A stretch of DNA of 64,000 bases from positions 1-64,000 of the IMG/VR virus record IMGVR_UViG_3300032770_000003. The stretch is one strand, 5' to 3'. The position numbers and the translations under genes are program-made. The notes under the pieces are model-generated. The model ran no database searches. It worked only from the letters and a program-made list of their open reading frames with translations, and had not been told where the DNA came from. Origin of the DNA: a virus. The first letter of the stretch is position 1. The number at the start of each line of letters is the position of its first letter. Shown here piece after piece: positions 41,169-51,180 of the stretch.

Positions 41169-41672
41169 TCAGTCGAGCTTGCCCTTGAGATCAATCTGCT
41201 CCGCGACCTGTTCGGCGGCTTCCTGAACATCCTTTTGCGTCGCCGACGTGATGATGGCTGGCGCATCGTCTGGCTGGCCCATCGTCACCAGCAGCCGCTT
41301 CAGCGCCTCATCAGGCTTGCGACAGTTGTACATCTTGAGGACGCTGAGCATCTTGCCAACCTGAGCCCGCGAGAGAGGAGGACCGATAGCTCGCGGGTTC
41401 TCATAGACGGCAGTTTCGATGGACTGGGTTTTCTCGTCGATCCGATCCTGGATCACGTAGTTCATCTCGACGAACTTCAGAAAGCGCTCACACCGACAGA
41501 GCTGGATGAAGATAGCGAGCCAGCGGTTCTTCTTGGCGGCATTCGCTGCAGCCAAGATCTCCTCCGGAGTCATCGGAGTGGCCATCTCACCACCCGGTGA
41601 CAAGCGTTGCTTGAACTCTTCCGAAGCGCGCTCAGGAGCAGGAGCCTCTTCGGCGGCTTTCTCGTCAGACAT
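41169..41672 (-). CDS. hypothetical protein
   Basis: GAGAGG RBS; 167 aa. Confidence 0.65.
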   Translation of the reverse strand: MSDEKAAEEAPAPERASEEFKQRLSPGGEMATPMTPEEILAAANAAKKNRWLAIFIQLCRCERFLKFVEMNYVIQDRIDEKTQSIETAVYENPRAIGPPLSRAQVGKMLSVLKMYNCRKPDEALKRLLVTMGQPDDAPAIITSATQKDVQEAAEQVAEQIDLKGKLD

Positions 41673-41845
41673 GCATTCCTCTCAGTGTGAAGTGAAAAGG
41701 TAGGCGCCTCGCTGACTGTCCAGGGGTTTGGAAACCCTCGCCGGAGTTCGCAACGCGAACCCACTGCCTACCACGAAGGCGCTGGTCCAAAACTGAGCGA
41801 ACCATCATCGGCCCACTCACCAGCGCAGCCTGATCAACGAAGCGC

Positions 41846-43774
41846 CTACACCACAACAGATACACCATTTTGCTTTCGGATCGTGAGTTGATTTTGGAAC
41901 TGACTCTGCAGGTGCCCACTGTGTGTGATACACAGGATGGTCTCGTAGCGATCGATCTCCTTGTGAAGAAGTCGCACGACCGCGTCCTCACCAGTTTCGT
42001 CGAGGTTGACGAACGGCTCATCGAGCCCCTTGAACCGAATCGGCTTGCGCGCCCGCTGGGCGGCCAGGTCACCCAGTGCCCAGCCGACCGCTAGATCCAC
42101 CCGGCGTTTCTCACCATCAGAGTTTCCCTGGTAGACATCGGCGCCGAAGCGGTTGTAGGCCGAGACCTGAAACTGCTCTCTGGTGGCTCCGGTCTTGAGC
42201 TGTGTCTGCGTGTTGAACTGTATCTTGATATCTCCTCCTGAGAGGATGTCAGCATAGTACTGAGCCCGGCTCGTCAGGAAGGGCAACACGCCGTCGAGCA
42301 CGTAGCTCTTGAGCCCCTGGTTCGAGAACGCCTGGGTCCAGTAGTTGAGGTGCTTGAGGTGGGTCTCGACGATGTGGATGCGGAACTCCAAGTTCCTCAG
42401 CGTGCGGTGATGCTTCTCCAGCTGGAGGGCCGCCTCGTCAATCAAGGGCTGGAAGGGGTTGACGGCGCCGCTGAGCGCAGCGATCTCCTCGTCGAACGAC
42501 AAGATTTGCTGCTCTAGGTCACAAACCGTTTTCAGTTCTGTGTCACGCTTCTGGATCGCCTCTGATGTCCCCTGCAGGACACCCCTCAGCTCCGTCAGTC
42601 GCTGGACGACCGCAGCGCGCTCATTCGCGAAGGCGGCCAGCTGCTTCGTCTCCGCGGCGCGCACCCGCCCACGGATGCGAGCGAAGTCCTTGACCTTGTC
42701 TTCGAGAACCTGGGCCTCCTCAGCCCACTGTTTCATGCCCGCCTCAGCCGCATCAGGCAGCAAGGTCTGCTTGCAGGTGGGGCACGGCTTGCCGACGAAC
42801 TGATCGATCGTCTGCAGGTCGGTCGAAATCTGACGCAGTCTGCCTATGACGATGCCCTCTTCGCGGGCCAGCTCGGTCAGCTTGGCTCCTGACTGCTGGG
42901 TGATCGCCACAACGCGCTCCTGGAGCGTCGCCAACGTCTGTTCGAGCTGCGCCACGCTCTCCGCCTGGTCCTCTCGCTGCGTCAGCAAGACATGTAGACC
43001 AGTGTGCGCGTAGACCTCTTCCAGCCTGACTTCTTGCTCCAACCGCCGCCGTACGAGTTCTTTTCGGCGCTCCTCCACCAGGGCGCTGTGCTGGTCACGC
43101 TGTTCGGTGAGCTTGCTGATCTGGATCGCGAGGTCACGACTCTGTTGGGTGACCTGTTGTTGGTTGCTCCGGAGCCCCACCATCTCTTGCTGCAGCCGGA
43201 TAATTCGCTCCTTGGTCTTGGCCTGAGCCGCGGAGAGCATCTCAGTCTGCAGGATGTTCTCCAACACCTGCTTTTGCTCCTTGTCCGTCATGGCGGAAAA
43301 CGAAACTGCCCCCGCGTGCAACATCACGCTCTGTGTGAAGGTGCTGAAGTCCATTCCCACAATGGTCTGAATCTGCTCCTGGGTATCGGCGTTTGTGCCG
43401 CCCGAGATCTCCAGCTCCCCGCGGTCGCAGACACTGAAGAGACGGACGTCGTTTGGCTTCTTCGCTCCCAGCGTCTTGCGCGTACGAACGATCAGATACT
43501 CACGCTCATCGTCCTGGAGACGCAGAGCCACCGCGCAGTCCTTTCCCACGACACGATTGACGACCTCATCACCTCGGTAGCCGCGCATGGTCTCACCGTA
43601 GAGCGCCCAAACGATCGCCTCCAAGACCGCTGACTTCCCAGCGCCGTTGGCATCGGCTCCTTGGCTATCGAAGTTCTCGCCGAAGACGGCAACCAATCCT
43701 CGCTGATCAAGACTGATCTCTTGCGCCGCCCCGAAGCTGATGAAGTTGGTGATTCGTACGTTGAGGAACTTCAC
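41846..43774 (-). CDS. sbcC: SbcC/Rad50-like ATPase
   Basis: NGAGKS, coiled coil with CPTC hook, SDGE, LDE..LD, ITH. Confidence 0.92.
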   Translation of the reverse strand: MKFLNVRITNFISFGAAQEISLDQRGLVAVFGENFDSQGADANGAGKSAVLEAIVWALYGETMRGYRGDEVVNRVVGKDCAVALRLQDDEREYLIVRTRKTLGAKKPNDVRLFSVCDRGELEISGGTNADTQEQIQTIVGMDFSTFTQSVMLHAGAVSFSAMTDKEQKQVLENILQTEMLSAAQAKTKERIIRLQQEMVGLRSNQQQVTQQSRDLAIQISKLTEQRDQHSALVEERRKELVRRRLEQEVRLEEVYAHTGLHVLLTQREDQAESVAQLEQTLATLQERVVAITQQSGAKLTELAREEGIVIGRLRQISTDLQTIDQFVGKPCPTCKQTLLPDAAEAGMKQWAEEAQVLEDKVKDFARIRGRVRAAETKQLAAFANERAAVVQRLTELRGVLQGTSEAIQKRDTELKTVCDLEQQILSFDEEIAALSGAVNPFQPLIDEAALQLEKHHRTLRNLEFRIHIVETHLKHLNYWTQAFSNQGLKSYVLDGVLPFLTSRAQYYADILSGGDIKIQFNTQTQLKTGATREQFQVSAYNRFGADVYQGNSDGEKRRVDLAVGWALGDLAAQRARKPIRFKGLDEPFVNLDETGEDAVVRLLHKEIDRYETILCITHSGHLQSQFQNQLTIRKQNGVSVVV

Positions 43775-44835
43775 GTGTCCTCCACTTCCTGGAGAATCTC
43801 CAGAGCCAGCTGAACCAGATAGTCACTGTCCAGCCCCTCCACCGGCTGCACCCCCGAACCAACCCAGCGCTGAATCATGTCTCGATAGGACATCCCATGC
43901 TCGATCGCTACGCGCACGCCATTCGTGTGCGGGACATCAGCGACGACAACCTCCAGCGAACGAGCGCCATAGGCCCGCCGTGCCAGCTCTGCCTCATCCT
44001 CGGAATAGGCCCGCGACGCGGTCATGCGAACATAGCAATCCTCGACGTCGACTTGCTCGTTCTCCACGATGTGCACGAAGCGCGGGGCCCGTAACAGAAC
44101 GCGCTCGTGCGCCTTGGTCTCGGTGTCGTAGATCAGAAACCCCCGCGGATCACCACTGTCGCCCCAGGTATGCTGCAGCGGAGCCCCGATATAGTGGAAG
44201 TTGTGACCCACCGGTTGGTACGTGTGGAAGTGCCCCAAGAAACCCGCGTCGAAGCCAGCCGGATTGAGATCTGCGACCACAGCATCATGCGGGTTGGCGT
44301 AGACGAAATCGGCACCGACCTTCGCCCCCTGCAGACCAAGGTGGCCTAGGAAGATCCTGGGACCGGGAGCAGGCGCTGGCTCCTTCACCAGGTCCCGCAG
44401 ATGGGCGAGGTTCTCGGTATAGGGCACAGCCATGAGGTTGATCAGCTGCTGAGAGTGCCCCGCGACCATCACCCATCCCGGCTGATCGACGACCGTACAG
44501 ATGGTGCGAAGGGTGTGGATGCTGTAGACCGATCCTTCACGATCCGCCTGGTCATGGTTGCCGTGGATCAGCACCGTCGGGACTTTCCGTAGCGAGAATC
44601 CAGAGAGCACCTCATAGATCGCGTTGAACGCTTGCACGGCCAAGCGCCCACGCGTGTGAAACAGATCACCGCCAAAGAGGACAAGGTCAATCTCAGGGTG
44701 AATGGCCACGTAGTCGATGATCTGTTTCACACAGTTCACGGCATCCACCAGCCGACTGTTCATCCCATTCGGCAGAATGGTGGCGTAGGGACGAAACAGG
44801 TGCGCGTGAAGATCCGAGAAGATCAGGATTCTCAC
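43771..44835 (-). CDS. sbcD: SbcD/Mre11-like metallophosphoesterase nuclease
   Basis: SDLH, GGDLF, GNHD, LGHFH. Confidence 0.92.
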   Translation of the reverse strand: MRILIFSDLHAHLFRPYATILPNGMNSRLVDAVNCVKQIIDYVAIHPEIDLVLFGGDLFHTRGRLAVQAFNAIYEVLSGFSLRKVPTVLIHGNHDQADREGSVYSIHTLRTICTVVDQPGWVMVAGHSQQLINLMAVPYTENLAHLRDLVKEPAPAPGPRIFLGHLGLQGAKVGADFVYANPHDAVVADLNPAGFDAGFLGHFHTYQPVGHNFHYIGAPLQHTWGDSGDPRGFLIYDTETKAHERVLLRAPRFVHIVENEQVDVEDCYVRMTASRAYSEDEAELARRAYGARSLEVVVADVPHTNGVRVAIEHGMSYRDMIQRWVGSGVQPVEGLDSDYLVQLALEILQEVEDT

Positions 44836-45950
44836 AGCACCTCTTGGACCGTCGTGACGAGATCACTGTACTCAGGATGGTCCACCACTTTGTCGATGAA
44901 GCCAGCGTAGCCCTGGAACTTCACCTCCTTGCCCCCAGACGGAGGTATCCACTCCGACCACGACCCGCTTTTCTTGATGAAGCCGAGGCGGGCGGCCACC
45001 TCCCAGACGGTGTAGTCGTTGACGAACCCTCGATGGGCCATGACCACCCCCTCACACTCCTTGAGGATCCCAGCCATCGAGTTTTTCAGAGCCTTGACCC
45101 GGATACGTTGGCCAACGATTGATTCCTGGCCAGTAGCCGCATCAGCCTCCTTGATGGCTCCGCAGCTCGTCAGTTGCAAGCGGACGGTCGCGAAGTACTT
45201 TGGCTTGTTCCCGCCGGTGGTCTCGCGCGCCGGACCCCACACCGATCCAATCGCGGTGTACTCGTGGTTGGTGTAGATATAGCAAGCACGCGTCTTACTG
45301 ATCACGCCGTTGATCAGGCGCATGCCGTCCGAGATCACCTTCGCCTGTTGCATCCCGAACTTCTGCGCCTGAGTCATCGGGTCCTCTTTGGCGTCTGGGT
45401 CGACCATGTCGATACCAGACGTTGCCCCCAAGGAGTCCCAAATCAGCAGGATGTAGCGGTCCGGTGCTTGGTCGCGAGCGAACTGCAAAGCTCGGTACTG
45501 CTTGTTGAAGACGTCACGCAAGCCGTTCGACTTGATCCGAATGATCCGCTTAACGTCGACGCCCAACTTCACCCAATAGGCGTGGTCGATCCGCTCCTCA
45601 GTATCGGTCACAACGACCACGCCACCCTTGCTCTGCACCTCTGCCGCGATCTGCGCACAGAGCGTGGTCTTCCCCGAAGACGGGGGACCGGAGATCTCCA
45701 CCTGGCGACCAAACGGAACCAGTGATGATCCTAGCGGCCGTCCGCCCCGCAAGACCGCATCCACCACCAGGCTCCGACTCGATACCCAGTGATCCACCCT
45801 GGATAGGGTGTCCTGGGAGTCGAGGCGCATGGACGCATCATCGCCATACGCCTCGTTCAAATCGCCCTGCAGCTTACTCAGTACATCATCAACATCGTCC
45901 TTCGGCTTTGGGTCCTCTTGCGTTTTGGCAGCTGCTGGTCTGGCACTCAC
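44832..45950 (-). CDS. recA: RecA/UvsX recombinase
   Basis: EISGPPSSGKTT, IWDS, TTGG...KYFATVRL. Confidence 0.92.
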   Translation of the reverse strand: MSARPAAAKTQEDPKPKDDVDDVLSKLQGDLNEAYGDDASMRLDSQDTLSRVDHWVSSRSLVVDAVLRGGRPLGSSLVPFGRQVEISGPPSSGKTTLCAQIAAEVQSKGGVVVVTDTEERIDHAYWVKLGVDVKRIIRIKSNGLRDVFNKQYRALQFARDQAPDRYILLIWDSLGATSGIDMVDPDAKEDPMTQAQKFGMQQAKVISDGMRLINGVISKTRACYIYTNHEYTAIGSVWGPARETTGGNKPKYFATVRLQLTSCGAIKEADAATGQESIVGQRIRVKALKNSMAGILKECEGVVMAHRGFVNDYTVWEVAARLGFIKKSGSWSEWIPPSGGKEVKFQGYAGFIDKVVDHPEYSDLVTTVQEVL

Positions 45951-47131
45951 GTGTTAAGCGCCGAGCGCATTTGCGCTTCCAAGAGGTCCGCTTCTGCGTT
46001 GTCTGGCGTGCTGGCCGCTGCGGGGGCCGGAGGTGCCGCTGACGCTGGTGGTCTTCCCCGTCGACGGGCAGGCGTTGGTGCAACCAACTTGCCGGCGAAC
46101 TCGCCGCACTCCTGGAAGAAGGGGCACTTCTCGAACTTCTCGATGGTATCGGTTTCTGGATCTTTCTGCTCTCCTCCCGCGCACTGAGCATCCGCCTGAT
46201 CGAACGTCGTCTTGTCCTTGAAGCAAGGGGGAGGTGGCTCCGCTGGCGCAGGAGCAGGGGCCGCAGCCTTCGGCGCAGCCTTGGGCGCATAGTTCAAGCC
46301 GGCGGCGGCTGGTGCAGGTGCGGGGGGCGGCAACGATACGGGCGCAGGGGACGCCGCTGGGGGAGGCAGTGCAGGCGGCCTAGCAGCAGCCGGCATTGCG
46401 GGAGCCGGAGCGGCTTGGGGACTCAGAGCTGCCAGCATGTCCTCGATCGGCTTCGGGGGCAGGATCTTGTCGAGGTCGATGAGGATCTCCGACAGCGACT
46501 TGCGCCCTGTGATGTGCATCGGCCGCGCAGGTGGCGCAGGGATGATCGTGTACTTGGTATTCATCTTCTGCCCCACCTTGGTGAGCAGCAGATCGTAACC
46601 ATGCTCGATATCCGTGATGTCCTGTTGGAGCTGCGCGAAGATGTTCATCAGCTGGGTGTAGATCATGGCGCCGTAGCCGAAGACTTGGACCTTGGTCTGA
46701 CCCACTTCGAAGGGGCACGCATCAGTACCACCTGACTGTTGCTTGGCGGCTTGCCATTCCTCGACGTCCTTGCCTGTGTAGACAGGGTCGTTCAGGTCGA
46801 CGATGTTCGACAGGTACCGTTTCTTGGCGGCCATCTCGTTGGCCTTCTCAGCATCAGCCGGATCACCTGTGGCACGGAGCTTTTGCACGTACTCACAGAT
46901 TGGGCACCCAGCTCCCGGACAGGTGAACATGAGACCGTCAGGGCCCACGCTCCAGTGGGTCATCGTCGCGCGCTCGAAGGAGCGCACACCCTCAGCCCAC
47001 GGAGGCATGAGGCGCAACTTCGACTTGCCAGCTTCGGGGTTCCAGAATCTGAAGCCCCCTACACCACGCGCAGCAGCCGCTGCTTCCAGCTCTTGCTGCT
47101 TCTGATTGATGTAATTGAGATCAACACCCAT
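45947..47131 (-). CDS. ssDNA-binding protein (gp32-like) with Pro/Ala linker
   Basis: LRLMPP, H..., CPICE, D.TD...GYD....K.G....TKY. Confidence 0.7.
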   Translation of the reverse strand: MGVDLNYINQKQQELEAAAAARGVGGFRFWNPEAGKSKLRLMPPWAEGVRSFERATMTHWSVGPDGLMFTCPGAGCPICEYVQKLRATGDPADAEKANEMAAKKRYLSNIVDLNDPVYTGKDVEEWQAAKQQSGGTDACPFEVGQTKVQVFGYGAMIYTQLMNIFAQLQQDITDIEHGYDLLLTKVGQKMNTKYTIIPAPPARPMHITGRKSLSEILIDLDKILPPKPIEDMLAALSPQAAPAPAMPAAARPPALPPPAASPAPVSLPPPAPAPAAAGLNYAPKAAPKAAAPAPAPAEPPPPCFKDKTTFDQADAQCAGGEQKDPETDTIEKFEKCPFFQECGEFAGKLVAPTPARRRGRPPASAAPPAPAAASTPDNAEADLLEAQMRSALNT

Positions 47132-47149
47132 GGATAATCTTCTCCTTTG

Positions 47150-47683
47150 TCATCGGACGGGTTTACGACGAAGAGCCTTGTTGTTGTCTGTAATCAGTCC
47201 TTCCACCACAGGCGCCTGCTGCTCCACCACTCTGGTGGGCGCCTGGCTCTGCCGGAACATGCCTCCGAGCTGGACCAGCATGTCGCGACGCTGGGCCATG
47301 GCTCGTGCGGCCTCGCTGAGCTGACCAGCAAGGAGGTTGGCCTCAATCTCCTCCTTCTGAGCCTCTACGTAGCGAGGATCGGTGATGACCTCAGACTCAT
47401 ACATCTTCTCTGTGTACTTGACGGTTGCTTTCACATCGGCCGGGAGCTTCATAACAGCGCCGCGCTTCTCTGCATCAATGCGCGCATACACCTGCTTGAC
47501 CTCGTTCTTCTTGAATGCCGCTTTGGCTTCCGCAACCTGAGCGAGGAACGCGTAGTAGTAATACTTCTCTGCGTGCGTCGCGAACTCTTCCTCCAGGTTC
47601 GTCCGATCGATGGAGATGTCCTGGGCAAAGGTGTTCTCGTAAACGATCCCGTCGATCTTGATCTCGATGTTGGGTAGCTGCAC
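47150..47683 (-). CDS. UvsY-like recombination mediator
   Basis: helical; ID..NL.EEF..H...Y; TE...E..V..DP.Y; located between pol and SSB. Confidence 0.55.
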   Translation of the reverse strand: MQLPNIEIKIDGIVYENTFAQDISIDRTNLEEEFATHAEKYYYYAFLAQVAEAKAAFKKNEVKQVYARIDAEKRGAVMKLPADVKATVKYTEKMYESEVITDPRYVEAQKEEIEANLLAGQLSEAARAMAQRRDMLVQLGGMFRQSQAPTRVVEQQAPVVEGLITDNNKALRRKPVR

Positions 47684-47696
47684 TGACTCCCTCCTC

Positions 47697-50600
47697 TCAA
47701 AGTTTCAGTTCCTGTTTGGCAGCCCAGTCACGTCGTGAGAAACCGAAATCCACAACGATGGGCACCCGGAATTGGAAATCCTCCATAGCCTTCTTCACCT
47801 CACCGAGCAACGGCAATTCCTTCTTGTGCCAATAGAACTGGATCTCGTCGTGAACGAAGTTGACGATTCGGGTGCGGGCGTTGTGCGCCTTCAGGATTCG
47901 GTTGACACGTACGATGGCCGTCTTGAAGGTGTCAGCAGCGTCACCCTGAATCAGGAAGTTCCCGCCCTGGCGAGCCGCACGAGCGCGCTCCCACTTCTTG
48001 TTGGAGTGGATGTTGGGCAGTCGGCGAAACCGCCCAAAGCTGTTCTGAATGTAGCCCTGCCGACGAAGCATCAACTCGGTGTGATCAACCCAAGCCTTCA
48101 CGCCGCGGTAGCGCTGGAAGTACCCCTTGATGTACTCGGCGCACGCCTCACGGCTCACGCGACGCTTGGGCGTGGACACCTGACGCTGGATAGCTCCCGG
48201 TCCCGCTCCGTAGATGATGCCGAAGTTGACCCGCTTGGCGATGTTCCTGAACCACTTGATGTCATGGTTCTCGGGGTGGTTCTTGTCCTTCAGGATGGCC
48301 AAGACCTCAGGCAACGGTCGCTGCAACACCACGTCCGCACAAGTGAGGCTGTGGATGTCCAGCTCATGCCCAGCCCACCCGGGTGCTGTCGGTGAATAGG
48401 CAGCTAGCAGTGTGGGGTCTTGAGACCAATGCGCTGTCAGGCGCAACTCAACTTGACTATAATCAGCAAAGACGAAGACGTAATCGTCGTCAGGAACAAT
48501 AAATGACCGTCGAATTTCGAGGTTTTTACCAGGAATGTTTTGACACTGACCAGTGACACAGACACGACCATTGTGTCTGGTCAGAATAACTTTTGACGGG
48601 ACACTGAGACAATAAACGAATCCATCATGAGCTATCCGTGTAATGACAGCATTGTCTGTGTAACTGTAGTTCCGTGCAGTTGAATCAACAACGTAGCAAA
48701 CAGTGTCTCGCGGTGTTTTGTATTCACGGATCTTGGCGCGATAACCAGACAAACAAAGCACGATCTGCGCCCAATCCACGTTTCGACGATGCATAGACGC
48801 GTACTGTGATCTCGTCCGCCAACAACCATCCCAGAAAAACAGCTCTTGACACCACAAGTCTAACGTCGGTCTATCACAACTCAGAAGCCACGATCCAAGC
48901 TGTTTAGCGTCCCCCAAGTACGAACGAACCCACTCCACACACTCACCTGCAGGGACCCTAATCCGAACGCGGCCAGAGAGGGATATGCGCTTGCTGTATG
49001 AGAAACCTAAGCCCTGTAAAGCCCACTCCAACCGATCAATCTTACGATGCTTTTTGAAACTAAAATCAAGAGTTCGATCGGCATAAGAACCGTCCGCCTG
49101 TGTCGCTGCCAATAGAACAACTTCTTGCTCTGACATTCGCAGCGAACCACCTGCGTATATGCCAGCATGCAGTTGCTTATGGTGTGTCCCATTAGATGGG
49201 TATTCACTAGCAGAACAAAAACCACCAAGTCCATCACGGTTTACCAAGAAGCAACGATGATCTGGTGTCATAAGCAAATCTATTTGCTGATTCTGTACGT
49301 GTACCAGCTCCTCCTTGCGGTAATGCTTGATGTATTCAGTAGGCATGACGAACTCGACAGCGTTGTCACGCCACTGAGCCACAGGTACTCCTCTAGGCAA
49401 ATCATCGAGTCGTCGCCAACCATCTGGTGTAAGCACCTCAGTGTCCCCTGTGAAGCAGTTGGGGTCCCTCGAACTCATGCGGCCGGTGTCGACGTTGGCG
49501 TTGAACGTACTGTGGAGGTAGTGGTGCTCATCGACCAACAAGCGGATCTTGCGTACGTAGGTGTTGAGGAGTTTCTGCTTCTCACGGAAGCTCAAAACCT
49601 TGTTGGCGAACTCGTAGGTCGCGGCCAGCTCCTCCAAGACCTCCTTGTCAACCGAGAACTGAGCCGCCGTCGGCTCACCCCCCTCGCGTGCCACCTCTTG
49701 ACCCTTCTTGGTCAGCTTGTTCAGGGGGCAGCCAGCCTTGCGCAAGGCTGCTAGCAACTCCTCATTCGACTCGATATTGAACCTGTAGCCAATGTCTCGA
49801 TAGACGTCAGCCTCAGCCTCCTCCATCGCCTTGATGAACTCGGGCTCGATCCTGTCGAGGTGAGCAATGTCGATCTTGACTCCGTGCTGCTCGACCTCAT
49901 ACAGCACCTGTGACAGGTGCATCTCGTTGATGTACAGAGACCGGAGCGCGTCGTGTTTCGCTACGTCAGGGAAGAGTTGCTTCCAGATCATCCAGGTGTA
50001 GTGCACGTCCGCGCACGCGTAGGGAGCGAGGATCGACAGCGGCACCTTGTCGTAGGTGATGTCCCCTTTTTTCGCGTTGGCGTAAGGGTGGGTTTCGAGC
50101 CCCGCCTTGACCCTCTTCTTCAGGAAGTTGGTGACCTGCGCCTTGGTCATCCCTGAGTAGCGCCATAGCGGATTCTGCGCGGTGACCTCGTTCTCCAGAT
50201 CCACACGTCGCGCAGTCAAAGTGTCAGTGATCAGTTTCGAGAACTCACGCCGTCGCCGCTTGGACTCGTCCACACGCCAGCTATCGACGCTCTTTTCCCA
50301 CACATCAGCAGTCTTCCCAATCAGGAGACGTGCAACCTCCTTGAGCCCCTTGTCCGAATTCTCATCCAGGAGGTGAACAAGAATGACCCCGTCGTGGCTG
50401 GGTCCCTTCAGGGTCATCCCGCAGCGATCGAGAAAGTGCTGATCGAAGACCTTGTTCCAGAAGAGCTTGGTGACGTCTGGATTCTCGATCACCTTCCGCA
50501 GCGGTTCGCGGATGTCATCCAGATTCAACTGCGGGTCAGTTGTCTCATGACCGATCGGCAAGTAGTAGTTGTTCTCAAGCCCCCAACCAAAAACGAGCCC

Positions 50601-50822
50601 ACACGCACGGTCCCTAACCCAATCGAGACCACTGGTCTCGGTATCGACCGCGATCATCCTCTGCCGAGTCAGTCGCGTGTAGAAGGACCAGAATTGGTCC
50701 ATCGTCTGAACCAACCGGTACTGTGCTCCTTGCAAACCCGTCCACTGCGCCATCGCTGGCGCCGCGACCGGTATGTGTACCGGTGGTGGGGCTGGTAGAA
50801 GGGTGCTGAGTACCTGATCCAC
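47697..50822 (-). CDS. polA: family A DNA polymerase with 3'-5' exonuclease and intein
   Basis: DTETSG, YAC.D, TGRMSS..PN/QNIP, ADYSQVELR, AKRVNFGIIYG, VHDE. Confidence 0.95.
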   Translation of the reverse strand: MDQVLSTLLPAPPPVHIPVAAPAMAQWTGLQGAQYRLVQTMDQFWSFYTRLTRQRMIAVDTETSGLDWVRDRACGLVFGWGLENNYYLPIGHETTDPQLNLDDIREPLRKVIENPDVTKLFWNKVFDQHFLDRCGMTLKGPSHDGVILVHLLDENSDKGLKEVARLLIGKTADVWEKSVDSWRVDESKRRRREFSKLITDTLTARRVDLENEVTAQNPLWRYSGMTKAQVTNFLKKRVKAGLETHPYANAKKGDITYDKVPLSILAPYACADVHYTWMIWKQLFPDVAKHDALRSLYINEMHLSQVLYEVEQHGVKIDIAHLDRIEPEFIKAMEEAEADVYRDIGYRFNIESNEELLAALRKAGCPLNKLTKKGQEVAREGGEPTAAQFSVDKEVLEELAATYEFANKVLSFREKQKLLNTYVRKIRLLVDEHHYLHSTFNANVDTGRMSSRDPNCFTGDTEVLTPDGWRRLDDLPRGVPVAQWRDNAVEFVMPTEYIKHYRKEELVHVQNQQIDLLMTPDHRCFLVNRDGLGGFCSASEYPSNGTHHKQLHAGIYAGGSLRMSEQEVVLLAATQADGSYADRTLDFSFKKHRKIDRLEWALQGLGFSYSKRISLSGRVRIRVPAGECVEWVRSYLGDAKQLGSWLLSCDRPTLDLWCQELFFWDGCWRTRSQYASMHRRNVDWAQIVLCLSGYRAKIREYKTPRDTVCYVVDSTARNYSYTDNAVITRIAHDGFVYCLSVPSKVILTRHNGRVCVTGQCQNIPGKNLEIRRSFIVPDDDYVFVFADYSQVELRLTAHWSQDPTLLAAYSPTAPGWAGHELDIHSLTCADVVLQRPLPEVLAILKDKNHPENHDIKWFRNIAKRVNFGIIYGAGPGAIQRQVSTPKRRVSREACAEYIKGYFQRYRGVKAWVDHTELMLRRQGYIQNSFGRFRRLPNIHSNKKWERARAARQGGNFLIQGDAADTFKTAIVRVNRILKAHNARTRIVNFVHDEIQFYWHKKELPLLGEVKKAMEDFQFRVPIVVDFGFSRRDWAAKQELKL
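48546..49457 (-). mobile_element. intein in polA (304 aa; Cys...Gly-Gln; degenerate LAGLIDADG)
   Basis: CFTGDTEVLT...TPDHR...VYCLSVP...VTGQ|C; lower GC than flanks. Confidence 0.9.
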
Positions 50823-50831
50823 AGAGCCTCC

Positions 50832-51128
50832 TTAGGAGGACTTCTGTGACCTCACGTTCCACGGAGCTTGAGCCCTCGGAGTCGCGCCGTACTGGCGAGC
50901 TAGGCGTTCAGGGTTCCGTCGAGCCTCACGAACGCTGTGCTCAAAAGACCGTCGCTGCAGACTCTCTGCATGACGAACTGGGTCATTGAGTTGCCCAATA
51001 TGGGCGGCACTGAGGGTGCGCTCAGCCGGTTGCCCACAGCTGGGGCAGGCTTCGCGCTCCACGCCCGAGGCTACCAGGGCCTCGAACGGATGGTCACAAA
51101 CCGAGCAGTGAAAATCGTAGAGGATCAC
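50832..51128 (-). CDS. FmdB-type zinc-ribbon protein
   Basis: LYDFHC..C.H.FE.L.......CPSCG....R..SA. Confidence 0.85.
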   Translation of the reverse strand: MILYDFHCSVCDHPFEALVASGVEREACPSCGQPAERTLSAAHIGQLNDPVRHAESLQRRSFEHSVREARRNPERLARQYGATPRAQAPWNVRSQKSS

Positions 51129-51180
51129 CGAAGACTAGGGAACACTACCATGCTGAGACGAAAGGGAAACAGGGAAATTC

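Noticed and set aside
46240-46420. Pro/Ala- and Gly-rich low-complexity tracts (also 20370-20560)
   Set aside because: Ordinary flexible protein linkers, not DNA repeats.
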